Virus record (IMG/VR): IMGVR_UViG_3300028920_000029
Coordinates: 32,001-96,000 of that record
DNA: 64,000 nt
Strand: one strand, 5' to 3'
From: a virus
This document shows positions 19,768 through 27,351 of this stretch, in pieces (within the stretch, counting starts at the first letter, position 1; every line of letters starts with the position of its first letter). Made by a program: the position numbers and the translations under genes. A model generated the notes under the pieces. It searched no databases and was not told the DNA's origin. It saw only the letters and a list, made by a program, of their open reading frames with translations.

Positions 19768-20796
19768 ATGGAAATAATTAACAAGAAAAACTCACTCGAC
19801 AAAAAGGCTAGCGTTAGCTTCGGCGACGACGGCCACATTAACGCCTCCGACCGAACAGACGCGATTAAAAGGGTTGCCAAGTACTTAAAAGCTGGCGACG
19901 AAGGTTCATATGATGAGAAGGTGTCTAACCTCTTTACCGCAGAAGAGCAGACACAGTTAACGAACAGATTTGCTTCACAGAATACAAGGTACGTAATTGG
20001 TCAGGCAATGGCTTCACCTCTTAAAACATTCTTAGAATATAAGGGTGTTATGAGAAGAGCGCTTAGGGTCGATCCTCTCGCCCCTGGTGCGCTGCCTGTG
20101 TACGACAGGGATACTGAGGAAATCTCAGCAGACGTCCTTGCAGCACAGTCTTCAGTAGATCAGACAAGGGTAATCGGCGACAGGATATACGTTCCAGTAT
20201 TTGAAATCGCTGCATATCCTACTGTTAAACTGAGGGAAATCAAGATCAGAAGGTTCAACATGATTGACCGTATCCAGGTTAGGACAAGGCAGTTCATGCA
20301 GGAATCAGAAGATGCGACAATCATCAACCTTATTGATACAGCTTCAACAAGAGACAACACCGAGTTGACTGTTGACACATCTGACTCAGGAAACGGTCTC
20401 GGCTACATCAAGAGGCTCGACCTTGTTAAGTTGGCTCGACAGATCACAAGGCACGACCTGTTCGCAGTTTCTTACTTCATGTCAATATACCGCTACAGCG
20501 ATATAGAAATGTGGGGAAGAGACGAGCTCGATATTCTGACACAGAAACAGATTATCGACACAGGCTTGCTGGCAACACTGCACGGTAAGAATATCTACGT
20601 AACCAAGAAAATTGAGTACGATACGATATACTGTACCTCAGACCCTGACTACGTTGGAATTTTCCCAGTGTACCAGGACATCGAGGTAATCCCTGCTGAC
20701 ATACCTTACCAGACATCGTTTGGCTGGGTATTCACAGAGCTTATAGGTGCCGCGATTTTCAATGGAAAAGGTGTTGCAAAGACAACTATTTCCTAA
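19768..20796 (+). CDS. Major capsid protein (HK97 fold)
   Basis: GQAMASPL...L.PG.LP.YD, FEIAAYPTV, EDATII and FGWVFTELIG motifs, plus position. From memory it resembles the capsids of mycobacteriophage cluster C (Bxz1/Myrna-like) myoviruses; not verified by search. Confidence 0.88.
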   Translation: MEIINKKNSLDKKASVSFGDDGHINASDRTDAIKRVAKYLKAGDEGSYDEKVSNLFTAEEQTQLTNRFASQNTRYVIGQAMASPLKTFLEYKGVMRRALRVDPLAPGALPVYDRDTEEISADVLAAQSSVDQTRVIGDRIYVPVFEIAAYPTVKLREIKIRRFNMIDRIQVRTRQFMQESEDATIINLIDTASTRDNTELTVDTSDSGNGLGYIKRLDLVKLARQITRHDLFAVSYFMSIYRYSDIEMWGRDELDILTQKQIIDTGLLATLHGKNIYVTKKIEYDTIYCTSDPDYVGIFPVYQDIEVIPADIPYQTSFGWVFTELIGAAIFNGKGVAKTTIS

Positions 20797-20799
20797 TGG

Positions 20800-20828
20800 T
20801 TGACAATACCACATTTTTGTGGTATCTA
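20800..20828 (+). promoter_or_regulatory. Sigma70-like promoter with an inverted repeat in the spacer
   Basis: TTGACA (20800-05), 17 nt, TATCTA (20823-28); ATACCACA-tttt-TGTGGTAT at 20806-20825. Confidence 0.55.
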
Positions 20829-20837
20829 TAGGGTGGA

Positions 20838-20877
20838 GGGGGCCTAGCAATAGGCCCCCGAAATCCAGTTCTTTAAA
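20838..20877 (+). promoter_or_regulatory. GNRA hairpin plus boxA-like sequence
   Basis: GGGGGCCTA-GCAA-TAGGCCCCC followed by CAGTTCTTTAAA. Confidence 0.4.
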
Positions 20878-21016
20878 GCAATTATAGAAGGGCGCGCCGT
20901 AGTAGTTACGACCCCTTAAAACTAAATCATCCCCGACCCACATCGGGCCCCTACTCCCTGTGGAGTAGGGACGCACTTATAATAAATACACGGAGAACTA
21001 TTGAAGGAAAAAACTC

Positions 21017-21625
21017 GTGAACATAACTAGATTGGCTTTGAAAGCTAAGAAAAAGTACGTAACTGATTCCAAAGAGTATATGAGGTTGCATTGCCAAGCT
21101 TATAGGTATGAATTCAAACTTAAGGCTTTAAAGATTTATGGTTTGGTTTGTGCTGAGTGCGGGATGGATGACCCAGATACTTTATGTTTTGACCATATTG
21201 GTGGCGTAAGGAAGGAAGATAGGTCACCCTCGTTCATTTATAGGTTGGTGCGGGAACCTAAAAGAGAGGATATCCAGATACTTTGTGCGAACTGTAACTG
21301 GAAAAAGCAAAGTAACCTTTATACTAGACGTAGCCCAAGGACATACTTTACCACTAAAGTTAAGGTGTTGAGGGCTTATAGTACCACACCTGAGGCTTCT
21401 TGTGTGTTATGTGGCGAGAATGATATAGAATTACTTTGTGTTGATCATATTGACGGGGGAGGAAACAAACATAAGCGTACAGCTAATATTAAGGGACGAC
21501 TACCTACTTGGTTAAAAAAGCATAATTATCCGCCAGGATACAGAACCTTGTGTTTTAATTGTAATTTGAAATCATATATAAAACTAGCACGTGCAAGGCT
21601 TCACGAGGTCTTGCACGCTCCGTAA
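21017..21625 (+). CDS. Tandem double-HNH endonuclease (free-standing, homing-type)
   Basis: Two CxxCG...DHI...LCxNCN units (CAECG..FDHI..LCANCN and CVLCG..VDHIDGGG..LCFNCN). Confidence 0.85.
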   Translation: MNITRLALKAKKKYVTDSKEYMRLHCQAYRYEFKLKALKIYGLVCAECGMDDPDTLCFDHIGGVRKEDRSPSFIYRLVREPKREDIQILCANCNWKKQSNLYTRRSPRTYFTTKVKVLRAYSTTPEASCVLCGENDIELLCVDHIDGGGNKHKRTANIKGRLPTWLKKHNYPPGYRTLCFNCNLKSYIKLARARLHEVLHAP

Positions 21626-21649
21626 GGAGCCTCCTTCAATGATGTGCTA
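21585..21649 (+). ncRNA. 3-way-junction RNA overlapping the HNH 3' end, complementary to the HNH translation start region
   Basis: TAGCAC/GTGCTA closing stem; hairpin with loop TTCACGAG; GCTCC-GTAA-GGAGC hairpin; single strand TCCTTCAAT. Confidence 0.6.
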
Positions 21650-21652
21650 CAG

Positions 21653-21696
21653 GGGCTGAGGGCCTCTTCCCGTGTAGGTCCTTAGCCCTGCCTTTT
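21653..21696 (+). terminator. Strong hairpin, terminator-like or processing stem
   Basis: GGGCTGAGGGCCT/AGGTCCTTAGCCC 13-bp stem with G-U pairs, followed by TGCCTTTT. Confidence 0.5.
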
Positions 21697-21795
21697 AGGA
21701 CTTATATTTATACTTAGGAGGATTGCTAATGGTACTATATATTAACTATGGGCTAATCACCCACCCACGTAATACGTCTGTTTGGAGGTGTCTAA

Positions 21796-22617
21796 ATGGC
21801 CTTACCTAAACCTACCGATTTTACAGGTACTTATGAGCCCTTAGCCTATGACAGGTTTTCCGCCAATCTTTTGTGGACTCCCGTAGATGGCGCGGATGAG
21901 TACTGGATTTACAGAGACTTAGATAAGATAGTAGTAGAGCCTCCCTTTGAGACTACTGTATACAACAACCAGGAATATGTTATCTATAGGGATACTGCTG
22001 CGTGGACCAACGCGCAGCCTCTGGATTGTTTCTTTTGGGTACAGGCAGTAGAAGGCCCAGATGCTACAGGTAACTACGAAGAGGGAGACCAGACCGACGC
22101 CCTGTCTCTTATCCATCCATTTGTTATAAGGATTATAGAAGAGGCCAGGTCTATGATAGGAGACGACTTTAGGATCTTTGGTAACATAGCTTCCACTGGT
22201 ACTGACCTACTTGAACAGGTAAGCGCTTATAACTATAAGGTGGCTGTGGAGCAGGCTTTATCCGACATCAACTCTACTCCTACTCCTACGGCGTATAACT
22301 ATGGTACCTTCCCCGCAATGTGGAAGAACCTAATAACCGTGGGTACCTTGGTGTGGATGCTGCCCAGACTTATATTATTCGAGAAAGCTAAGGCTATGCA
22401 GTTTCAGGATCAGGGGCAGGAGTGGACTCCACCCGATCTATCAGAGTCCCTTAAGGGATTGCTCGATATGTATAAAGATATATATGACGACAGGCGAGTG
22501 GCTATTAAACATAACGTGAGGCCTATGCCTAAGGCTGTGGGAAGTCTTCGTGCTCTTTTCATATCACCACAGTTGCTCAAATGGCGCCATGTGCCCACAG
22601 GAAGGCCTTATTTTTAA
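21796..22617 (+). CDS. Head-tail adaptor/neck protein with an N-terminal FN3-like domain
   Basis: LLWTPVDGADEYWIYR FN3-like segment; ALSDINSTPTPT...F.DQG..W.PP adaptor-like segment; follows the capsid gene. Confidence 0.6.
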   Translation: MALPKPTDFTGTYEPLAYDRFSANLLWTPVDGADEYWIYRDLDKIVVEPPFETTVYNNQEYVIYRDTAAWTNAQPLDCFFWVQAVEGPDATGNYEEGDQTDALSLIHPFVIRIIEEARSMIGDDFRIFGNIASTGTDLLEQVSAYNYKVAVEQALSDINSTPTPTAYNYGTFPAMWKNLITVGTLVWMLPRLILFEKAKAMQFQDQGQEWTPPDLSESLKGLLDMYKDIYDDRRVAIKHNVRPMPKAVGSLRALFISPQLLKWRHVPTGRPYF

Positions 22618-22675
22618 GGGGTTTTTTAGGATTTATTTGGGGAGCCAGGAAACAGTAATAAAGTAACAGAAATAT

Positions 22676-22732
22676 TTGACATGAGGTTTTTAATTTTGCT
22701 ATACTTCTAATAACTTAAAAACTTATTAGGAG
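22676..22732 (+). promoter_or_regulatory. Sigma70 promoter plus RBS-occluding hairpin of the endonuclease gene
   Basis: TTGACA 22676-81, 18 nt, TATACT 22700-05 (TG extended); CTTCTAATAA (22704-13) pairs with TTATTAGGAG (22723-32). Confidence 0.7.
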
Positions 22733-22740
22733 GTAGTAAA

Positions 22741-23751
22741 ATGGAAAAGAGAAAACGTGGAAAGAAAGTTACGGTAGTATGCGACGCTTGTGGTAAGGAG
22801 TTCACTAAGCCACCTAGCCTCGTGAAATCACGAAACTATTGTAACCGAGAATGTAAGGCGAAGGGAAACTCAATGCTCTTTGATCAGGAACCAGAGAGGC
22901 GTAAGTTGGCAGCTCAGAAAACTAAGGAACAGCTTGCAACCAAGGGCCACCCCAGTATTGGTAGGCACCATAACGCTGAAACCAAGATTAAGATAAGTGA
23001 AAAGCGCAAAGCCTTTTATCAAACTGAGGAAGGTAAAGAAGCCAGGACTAAGATATCCGAGCAGCGTAGGGCCAGCGCTGGTAACTATCATCACTCCGAT
23101 GAAACCATCGAGAAGATACGAGCCAAGAAGCTAGAGCGTGATAAGGACCCAAGCTACCAGGACAAGATTAACGACTCACTAGAAGAAAAGCGAAAGGACC
23201 CAGAGTACCATAAGAACCTTAGTGAAGGGGTTAAGCGTTTCCATGCTAGTCCAGAAGGACATGAGGTAGCCAAGCGTAAGAGTATTAAGATGAGACTAAT
23301 AAAAAAATCGTTCTATAAAACTCCTGAAGGTAAGCTGGTTAGGGGGAAATTAAGTAGTCTCATGTCTGATAAAATAGTTTCAGGAGAAATAAAGCCCAAT
23401 AGTCATGGGCACTTCGGTATACGCGCGGATCTTAACGAAGTCTTTAGGTCCAACTTAGAAGCTAACTACGCCAGGATACTTAAGTACAAAGGTACCTCAT
23501 ATGAATATGAGAATACGACATTTAAACTTAGTACTGGGCAGACTTACACACCAGACTTTTACTTACCAGATACTGACGAATATGTAGAACTAAAAGGATA
23601 TTATAAGGCAGGAGAAAGACTTAAGTACGATATGTTTAAAAAGGAGTACCCCAACGTGAAGTGGAGAATTATACTACAGACATCACAGGAGTGGGAAGAC
23701 TTAAGGAGTAAGTACAAACCCTTAATCCCACTATGGGAAGGAGTAAAATGA
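22741..23751 (+). CDS. Free-standing homing-type endonuclease (Zn finger, NUMOD3-like repeats, PD-(D/E)XK domain)
   Basis: CDACGKEF..YCNREC; HNAETKIKISEK and HSDETIEKI repeats; FRSNLE...YEYE...YTPDFYLP...YVELKG. Confidence 0.85.
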   Translation: MEKRKRGKKVTVVCDACGKEFTKPPSLVKSRNYCNRECKAKGNSMLFDQEPERRKLAAQKTKEQLATKGHPSIGRHHNAETKIKISEKRKAFYQTEEGKEARTKISEQRRASAGNYHHSDETIEKIRAKKLERDKDPSYQDKINDSLEEKRKDPEYHKNLSEGVKRFHASPEGHEVAKRKSIKMRLIKKSFYKTPEGKLVRGKLSSLMSDKIVSGEIKPNSHGHFGIRADLNEVFRSNLEANYARILKYKGTSYEYENTTFKLSTGQTYTPDFYLPDTDEYVELKGYYKAGERLKYDMFKKEYPNVKWRIILQTSQEWEDLRSKYKPLIPLWEGVK

Positions 23752-24146
23752 AAAGCTACGTTAACTTAAAAAAGTTAGGATCAGATGTGTTATCCCAACT
23801 TAAAGATGAAAATAAAAAGCAGCTGTATAAAGATGCAGTTAAGGCGCTGCCACTTTTATCTAAGTTTGAGCTCCACCCGCCCATTAGTCCTGGTTACTAT
23901 GATATAATACTTACATTAGACACATCAGGGTTACTTCAGAGTACGGCTACAGCCATAGTTAACAAGATTTTAGATGCTGGTCAGGAGTTATTTGATAAAC
24001 GTATAGTGGATATAGACGGTGCAGTGAGTTTTACTGGTGGTAGACTATGGTTGTTTGGTCAGGGAAAAGACAGCTTTATGTCGGTTATTAACCAGGGCGC
24101 CAAAATTGACACTATAGACGTAAGTATAGGAGAAGTAATAAAATAA
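23748..24146 (+). CDS. VNLKK-tagged paralog-family protein
   Basis: Start at ATG 23748 (GGAAGGAG RBS): MKSYVNLKKLG then LPLLSKF...LTLDTS. Confidence 0.7.
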   Translation: MKSYVNLKKLGSDVLSQLKDENKKQLYKDAVKALPLLSKFELHPPISPGYYDIILTLDTSGLLQSTATAIVNKILDAGQELFDKRIVDIDGAVSFTGGRLWLFGQGKDSFMSVINQGAKIDTIDVSIGEVIK

Positions 24147-25639
24147 AGCTTATAGGAGAGAAAGGTAGTGGAAATAGATAACAAAGCTACAGAAGAGCAA
24201 GGTTTAGAGTTGGCGTATAGACTAATTCCTTTTCTACGGAAGTTTACTTACAAGAAATTTTCTCCTAGGTCTATGACGCTACACTGGACTTTGGACGTAT
24301 CAAAAATGTCCAGGCAGTTTATTATTAGTATAATGAAAAAACTAGCTGAGCTGCATAATATCGAAGATTTAAATTATAGACCTTCTAAAAGGATGCTAAA
24401 TTGTTTTTTGCGAGATGAGCACGGACGTGGAATAACTAATAACTTTGTTACTCCTCATTCGATAGAACACACAGTAGCTACGGAGCCTAATATTCCCACG
24501 CTTATAACCGAAGAGCTTGCGCTTAATAGCGATGATATGGTTAAGAAATCTAAAAGCCTCGTTAACTTAAAGAAAGCAGCCAAAGACGGGGTGTTAGAAG
24601 AAATATATTCGATTCTTCCAGAGTTACGAAAGTTTTCTATGTTTCGGTATTTTGGTTCGGAAGCCAACCCATATACAGATTTTAAACTTAATGTGGAGGG
24701 TTGGTCTAGGACTGCTATAATAGGTGTGATGAAGCTCATAAGGCATTCTGGGTTTGTGGGTAAGCTACGAGCGGCGGGCAGTGGTGAGTTAATTAGCTCT
24801 TGGTATAACGACGAAAGCTTAAACATAGCCCTAGCGAACCCAAATATTTATCCCTTGTCCATATCTGTAAGGATATATGACATATCTATTCGTCCCACGC
24901 AAGCAGGAAGCCTCGTTAACTTAAAGAAAGTATCTACAGCTGACGGTAAATGGGAACTTAACTATATACTTAGTGTAGTCCCAGAGCTAAGCAAGTTTAA
25001 CATAAGTGCTCCTATACAAGTATATAACGGAGACCTGGTTCAGTTTAAGTTTAGTTTGGGTGCTGGGCCGCTCAGTAACGTTACTGTAGCTACCTTGCTA
25101 CGTAATATCTATAAAAAACTTATTGAGAACGCGAGGAATAATAAGCCTATACGGAATACTTATGCGGACATGTCCATAGAACTAAGTCCTCAACTTAAAG
25201 ATACGTCGGTTTTGGAAGATACCTACCCTGCGCTTGGTGAGGTAGTAGCTCAGGCCGAAAGAGGTAACATAGCTATACTTGCGATGTATATTATGACTCC
25301 CTCTAAAGAGTACCGAGATGGCGAACCAGAAAAAAGGAACCGACCTCTGCGGGACTATACGGATGCTAAGTCCTGCGTTAACTTAAAAAGAATATCAGCA
25401 GAAGATGAAAAGATGAATAACATACTTAGATATAAGGTTATGCAGCTTAGAAATGATAAGGATATAGAAGCTTATATTCCAGTGTATTATAAGAAGATAA
25501 TAGATAAGTTTAGGAAGGGTGAGCACCTGCAGCCCCCAGAAATCATGGGGTCCATTAAGTCTATCAACGACGCGTTAAAATCGTGGAGGGATAGCAAAGA
25601 GCACTACAGAAAGATGCACGGGAGTTACGTTAACTTAAA
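23759..25639 (+). repeat. Five copies of CGTTAACTTAAA (encoding x-V-N-L-K)
   Basis: Copies at 23759, 24560, 24914, 25376 and 25628; copies 2 and 3 share 23 nt (AAGCCTCGTTAACTTAAAGAAAG); a variant GTTAACTTA lies at 30700. Confidence 0.85.
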
Positions 25640-25991
25640 AAAGATAGCTGAAGATAAGCTGGACAAGTTTTGTCCGTCTTGTGGTATGATGGTTGACAGG
25701 TTGTACCCAGTTATTGGTAAGGAAAAGATATGCTATGATTGTTACAAGAAGATGCTTAGGGACCGTAAGAAGAAAGCTGGAAGGTTTGAAAGTGATAAAG
25801 AGTTGGAGGATGTTAAGGAACTCTTTGCTTACTTTGAGAAGCAGCCCTATCCATGGAACGAAAGGGCCGAAGCTATAGCAAAGAAGCATGATTACTATGG
25901 TACTCCGTTATCCATAGTTAAACGGATGTTAGTAAACATACAAAAGGAACAGCAGGGAGTAGATCAATTTCCAACTAAGGAGGATAAGTAA
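24168..25991 (+). CDS. Modular polyprotein of VNLK(K/R)-delimited cargo domains
   Basis: Four internal S-x-V-N-L-K-K/R motifs separate three P-x-L-x-K-F paralog domains, a helical domain and a CxxC-CxxC Zn finger. Confidence 0.75.
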   Translation: MEIDNKATEEQGLELAYRLIPFLRKFTYKKFSPRSMTLHWTLDVSKMSRQFIISIMKKLAELHNIEDLNYRPSKRMLNCFLRDEHGRGITNNFVTPHSIEHTVATEPNIPTLITEELALNSDDMVKKSKSLVNLKKAAKDGVLEEIYSILPELRKFSMFRYFGSEANPYTDFKLNVEGWSRTAIIGVMKLIRHSGFVGKLRAAGSGELISSWYNDESLNIALANPNIYPLSISVRIYDISIRPTQAGSLVNLKKVSTADGKWELNYILSVVPELSKFNISAPIQVYNGDLVQFKFSLGAGPLSNVTVATLLRNIYKKLIENARNNKPIRNTYADMSIELSPQLKDTSVLEDTYPALGEVVAQAERGNIAILAMYIMTPSKEYRDGEPEKRNRPLRDYTDAKSCVNLKRISAEDEKMNNILRYKVMQLRNDKDIEAYIPVYYKKIIDKFRKGEHLQPPEIMGSIKSINDALKSWRDSKEHYRKMHGSYVNLKKIAEDKLDKFCPSCGMMVDRLYPVIGKEKICYDCYKKMLRDRKKKAGRFESDKELEDVKELFAYFEKQPYPWNERAEAIAKKHDYYGTPLSIVKRMLVNIQKEQQGVDQFPTKEDK

Positions 25992-26137
25992 TGGCTACTA
26001 AAAAGCATGGGCGTAACAAAGACAAGTGTAAGTTGTATCAATCTAACGGGACTAGAAGAAAGAACAAAGTTAGGAATCTTAAGAAGAGATTAAAAGGGTA
26101 TAAGAGCCCAGAGAACTATATGATAGATGAAGATAAG
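25991..26137 (+). CDS. Small basic protein (48 aa, not in ORF track)
   Basis: TAATG coupling and AGGAGG RBS; MATKKHGRNKDKCKLYQSNGTRRKNK... Confidence 0.6.
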
Positions 26138-26157
26138 TTTATGATTGTGAAGGTAAA

Positions 26158-26268
26158 ATGAAGATACTTAAATATATTGCGTTTGGTTTTTGGATATTAG
26201 TAGCAATAGTTATATACATAGTCTGCGCAATATGGGACGGTATTAAGAGATTGTTTGGGAGGATATAG
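26158..26268 (+). CDS. Small single-TM peptide (36 aa)
   Basis: MKILKYIAFGFWILVAIVIYIVCAIWDGIKRLFGRI; overlaps the next start codon. Confidence 0.5.
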   Translation: MKILKYIAFGFWILVAIVIYIVCAIWDGIKRLFGRI

Positions 26269-26594
26269 TGTTTACTGTAGCAGGATGGAAAGAGGATGAG
26301 GACAGAGCGATGAAGACTGCCTACAAGTTGTATCAGAAACTTGTAGCCTCAGAGTATCCTGGTGTGAAGGATAAGGCGGAGAAGATAGCTAGCGACTTAG
26401 TGCTTAAAAATATAAATGTTTACGAAGCGTTGGGGGAGTTCAGGAGTATATTTGTTCCTTCTGAAAAAGAATTTAGTATGGAAGACGGGTCAACAATGGA
26501 ACACCTCAAAGAAAGACACGGACTTATAAAACTAATTTTAAAGGAGGGATACCATGTTACAGCTCCTAAAGTTTTTATTCGTAGGAAAGGATAA
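26268..26594 (+). CDS. Hypothetical protein, paralogous to the last module of 24168..25991
   Basis: AG...YP...AEKIA pattern shared with AG...YP...AEAIA; GGGAGG RBS. Confidence 0.65.
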   Translation: MFTVAGWKEDEDRAMKTAYKLYQKLVASEYPGVKDKAEKIASDLVLKNINVYEALGEFRSIFVPSEKEFSMEDGSTMEHLKERHGLIKLILKEGYHVTAPKVFIRRKG

Positions 26595-26862
26595 GTTTGC
26601 GCAGGAATGGTTTGATAAGATACTTGAAGCTACAGAGAGGTTGTCTAAGTCTGGGCAAAGAAAACTGTTTAAGACTGTGCTGGCTATGCTGTTAGTTTTT
26701 ATCCTGTGCATACTATTTATTGTAGTAGCTCACGATAAAGACTTTTTTCTTCAAGGAATACAAGCATTCCTGACGGCTATCTGTGTGTTGGCTGGAGTAT
26801 ATAGTGTGGCTAACTCAGTTGAGCATGCCACTGATGGAGGTAAGAAAAAGAATGGCAAGTAA
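26554..26862 (+). CDS. Holin-like two-TM membrane protein
   Basis: RK then two TM helices, GVYSVAN motif and a charged C-terminus. Confidence 0.5.
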   Translation: MLQLLKFLFVGKDKFAQEWFDKILEATERLSKSGQRKLFKTVLAMLLVFILCILFIVVAHDKDFFLQGIQAFLTAICVLAGVYSVANSVEHATDGGKKKNGK

Positions 26863-27250
26863 TCCAGAACCATATACTAAAGACCAGATAGTGGAATACA
26901 TAGTATCTTATCTTCCTAGTCTACGTAAGTTTGACTTATATAGCTTTGATGAGGTTCAGCCAAATAAGATGACCACTTTAGTGTTTAGGTTAGATGTATC
27001 TAAGTTTAATATATCTACGAGGGTAAAGCTAATTTACAACTTGGCTGACGCTGCTAAGGCTGTTAACGATACAGATGGCGCGTCTATTAGTTTTGACTCG
27101 CCTCTGTTTAAAAGGCTTGATGCTAACGGAGAAGACCTTTCGACGTCCTCTCGGTTCGTATTAAGGCAAGACGGGCATAGTGTGGTAGAAGAAAAGGCTG
27201 CAGACCCAAAGTTTCACTACATCGAAATGACGGTATTTTATTATGGTTGA
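26852..27250 (+). CDS. P-x-L-x-K-F paralog-family protein
   Basis: Start at ATG 26852 (GGAGG RBS); YLPSLRKF...FRLDVSKFNIST. Confidence 0.7.
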   Translation: MASNPEPYTKDQIVEYIVSYLPSLRKFDLYSFDEVQPNKMTTLVFRLDVSKFNISTRVKLIYNLADAAKAVNDTDGASISFDSPLFKRLDANGEDLSTSSRFVLRQDGHSVVEEKAADPKFHYIEMTVFYYG

Positions 27251-27351
27251 GGTGCAAATAGTTGAGTTTACTTGTAAGAATAATGTATACTATTACTAAG
27301 CGGACTAAAGAGCTTTACCTTCGGTACCGCTATGCTTAAAGGAGGTATGAT

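Noticed and set aside
21652-21700. tmRNA 5' end (GGGGCTGA)
   Set aside because: No matching T-arm/CCA 3' end or tag reading frame; the sequence is explained by a local hairpin.
20797-21795. Group I intron or IscB/HEARO element around the HNH ORF
   Set aside because: The capsid ORF ends normally and no interrupted gene is evident. I could not find group I P7/J8-7 core motifs, and the ORF lacks the PLMP and RuvC motifs of IscB.
23759-25639. CRISPR array or integron attC sites
   Set aside because: The repeats are 12-23 nt, in frame within coding sequence and 252-801 nt apart. GTTAACT does not fit GTTRRRY, there are no attC hairpins, and no cas or integrase gene is in the window.
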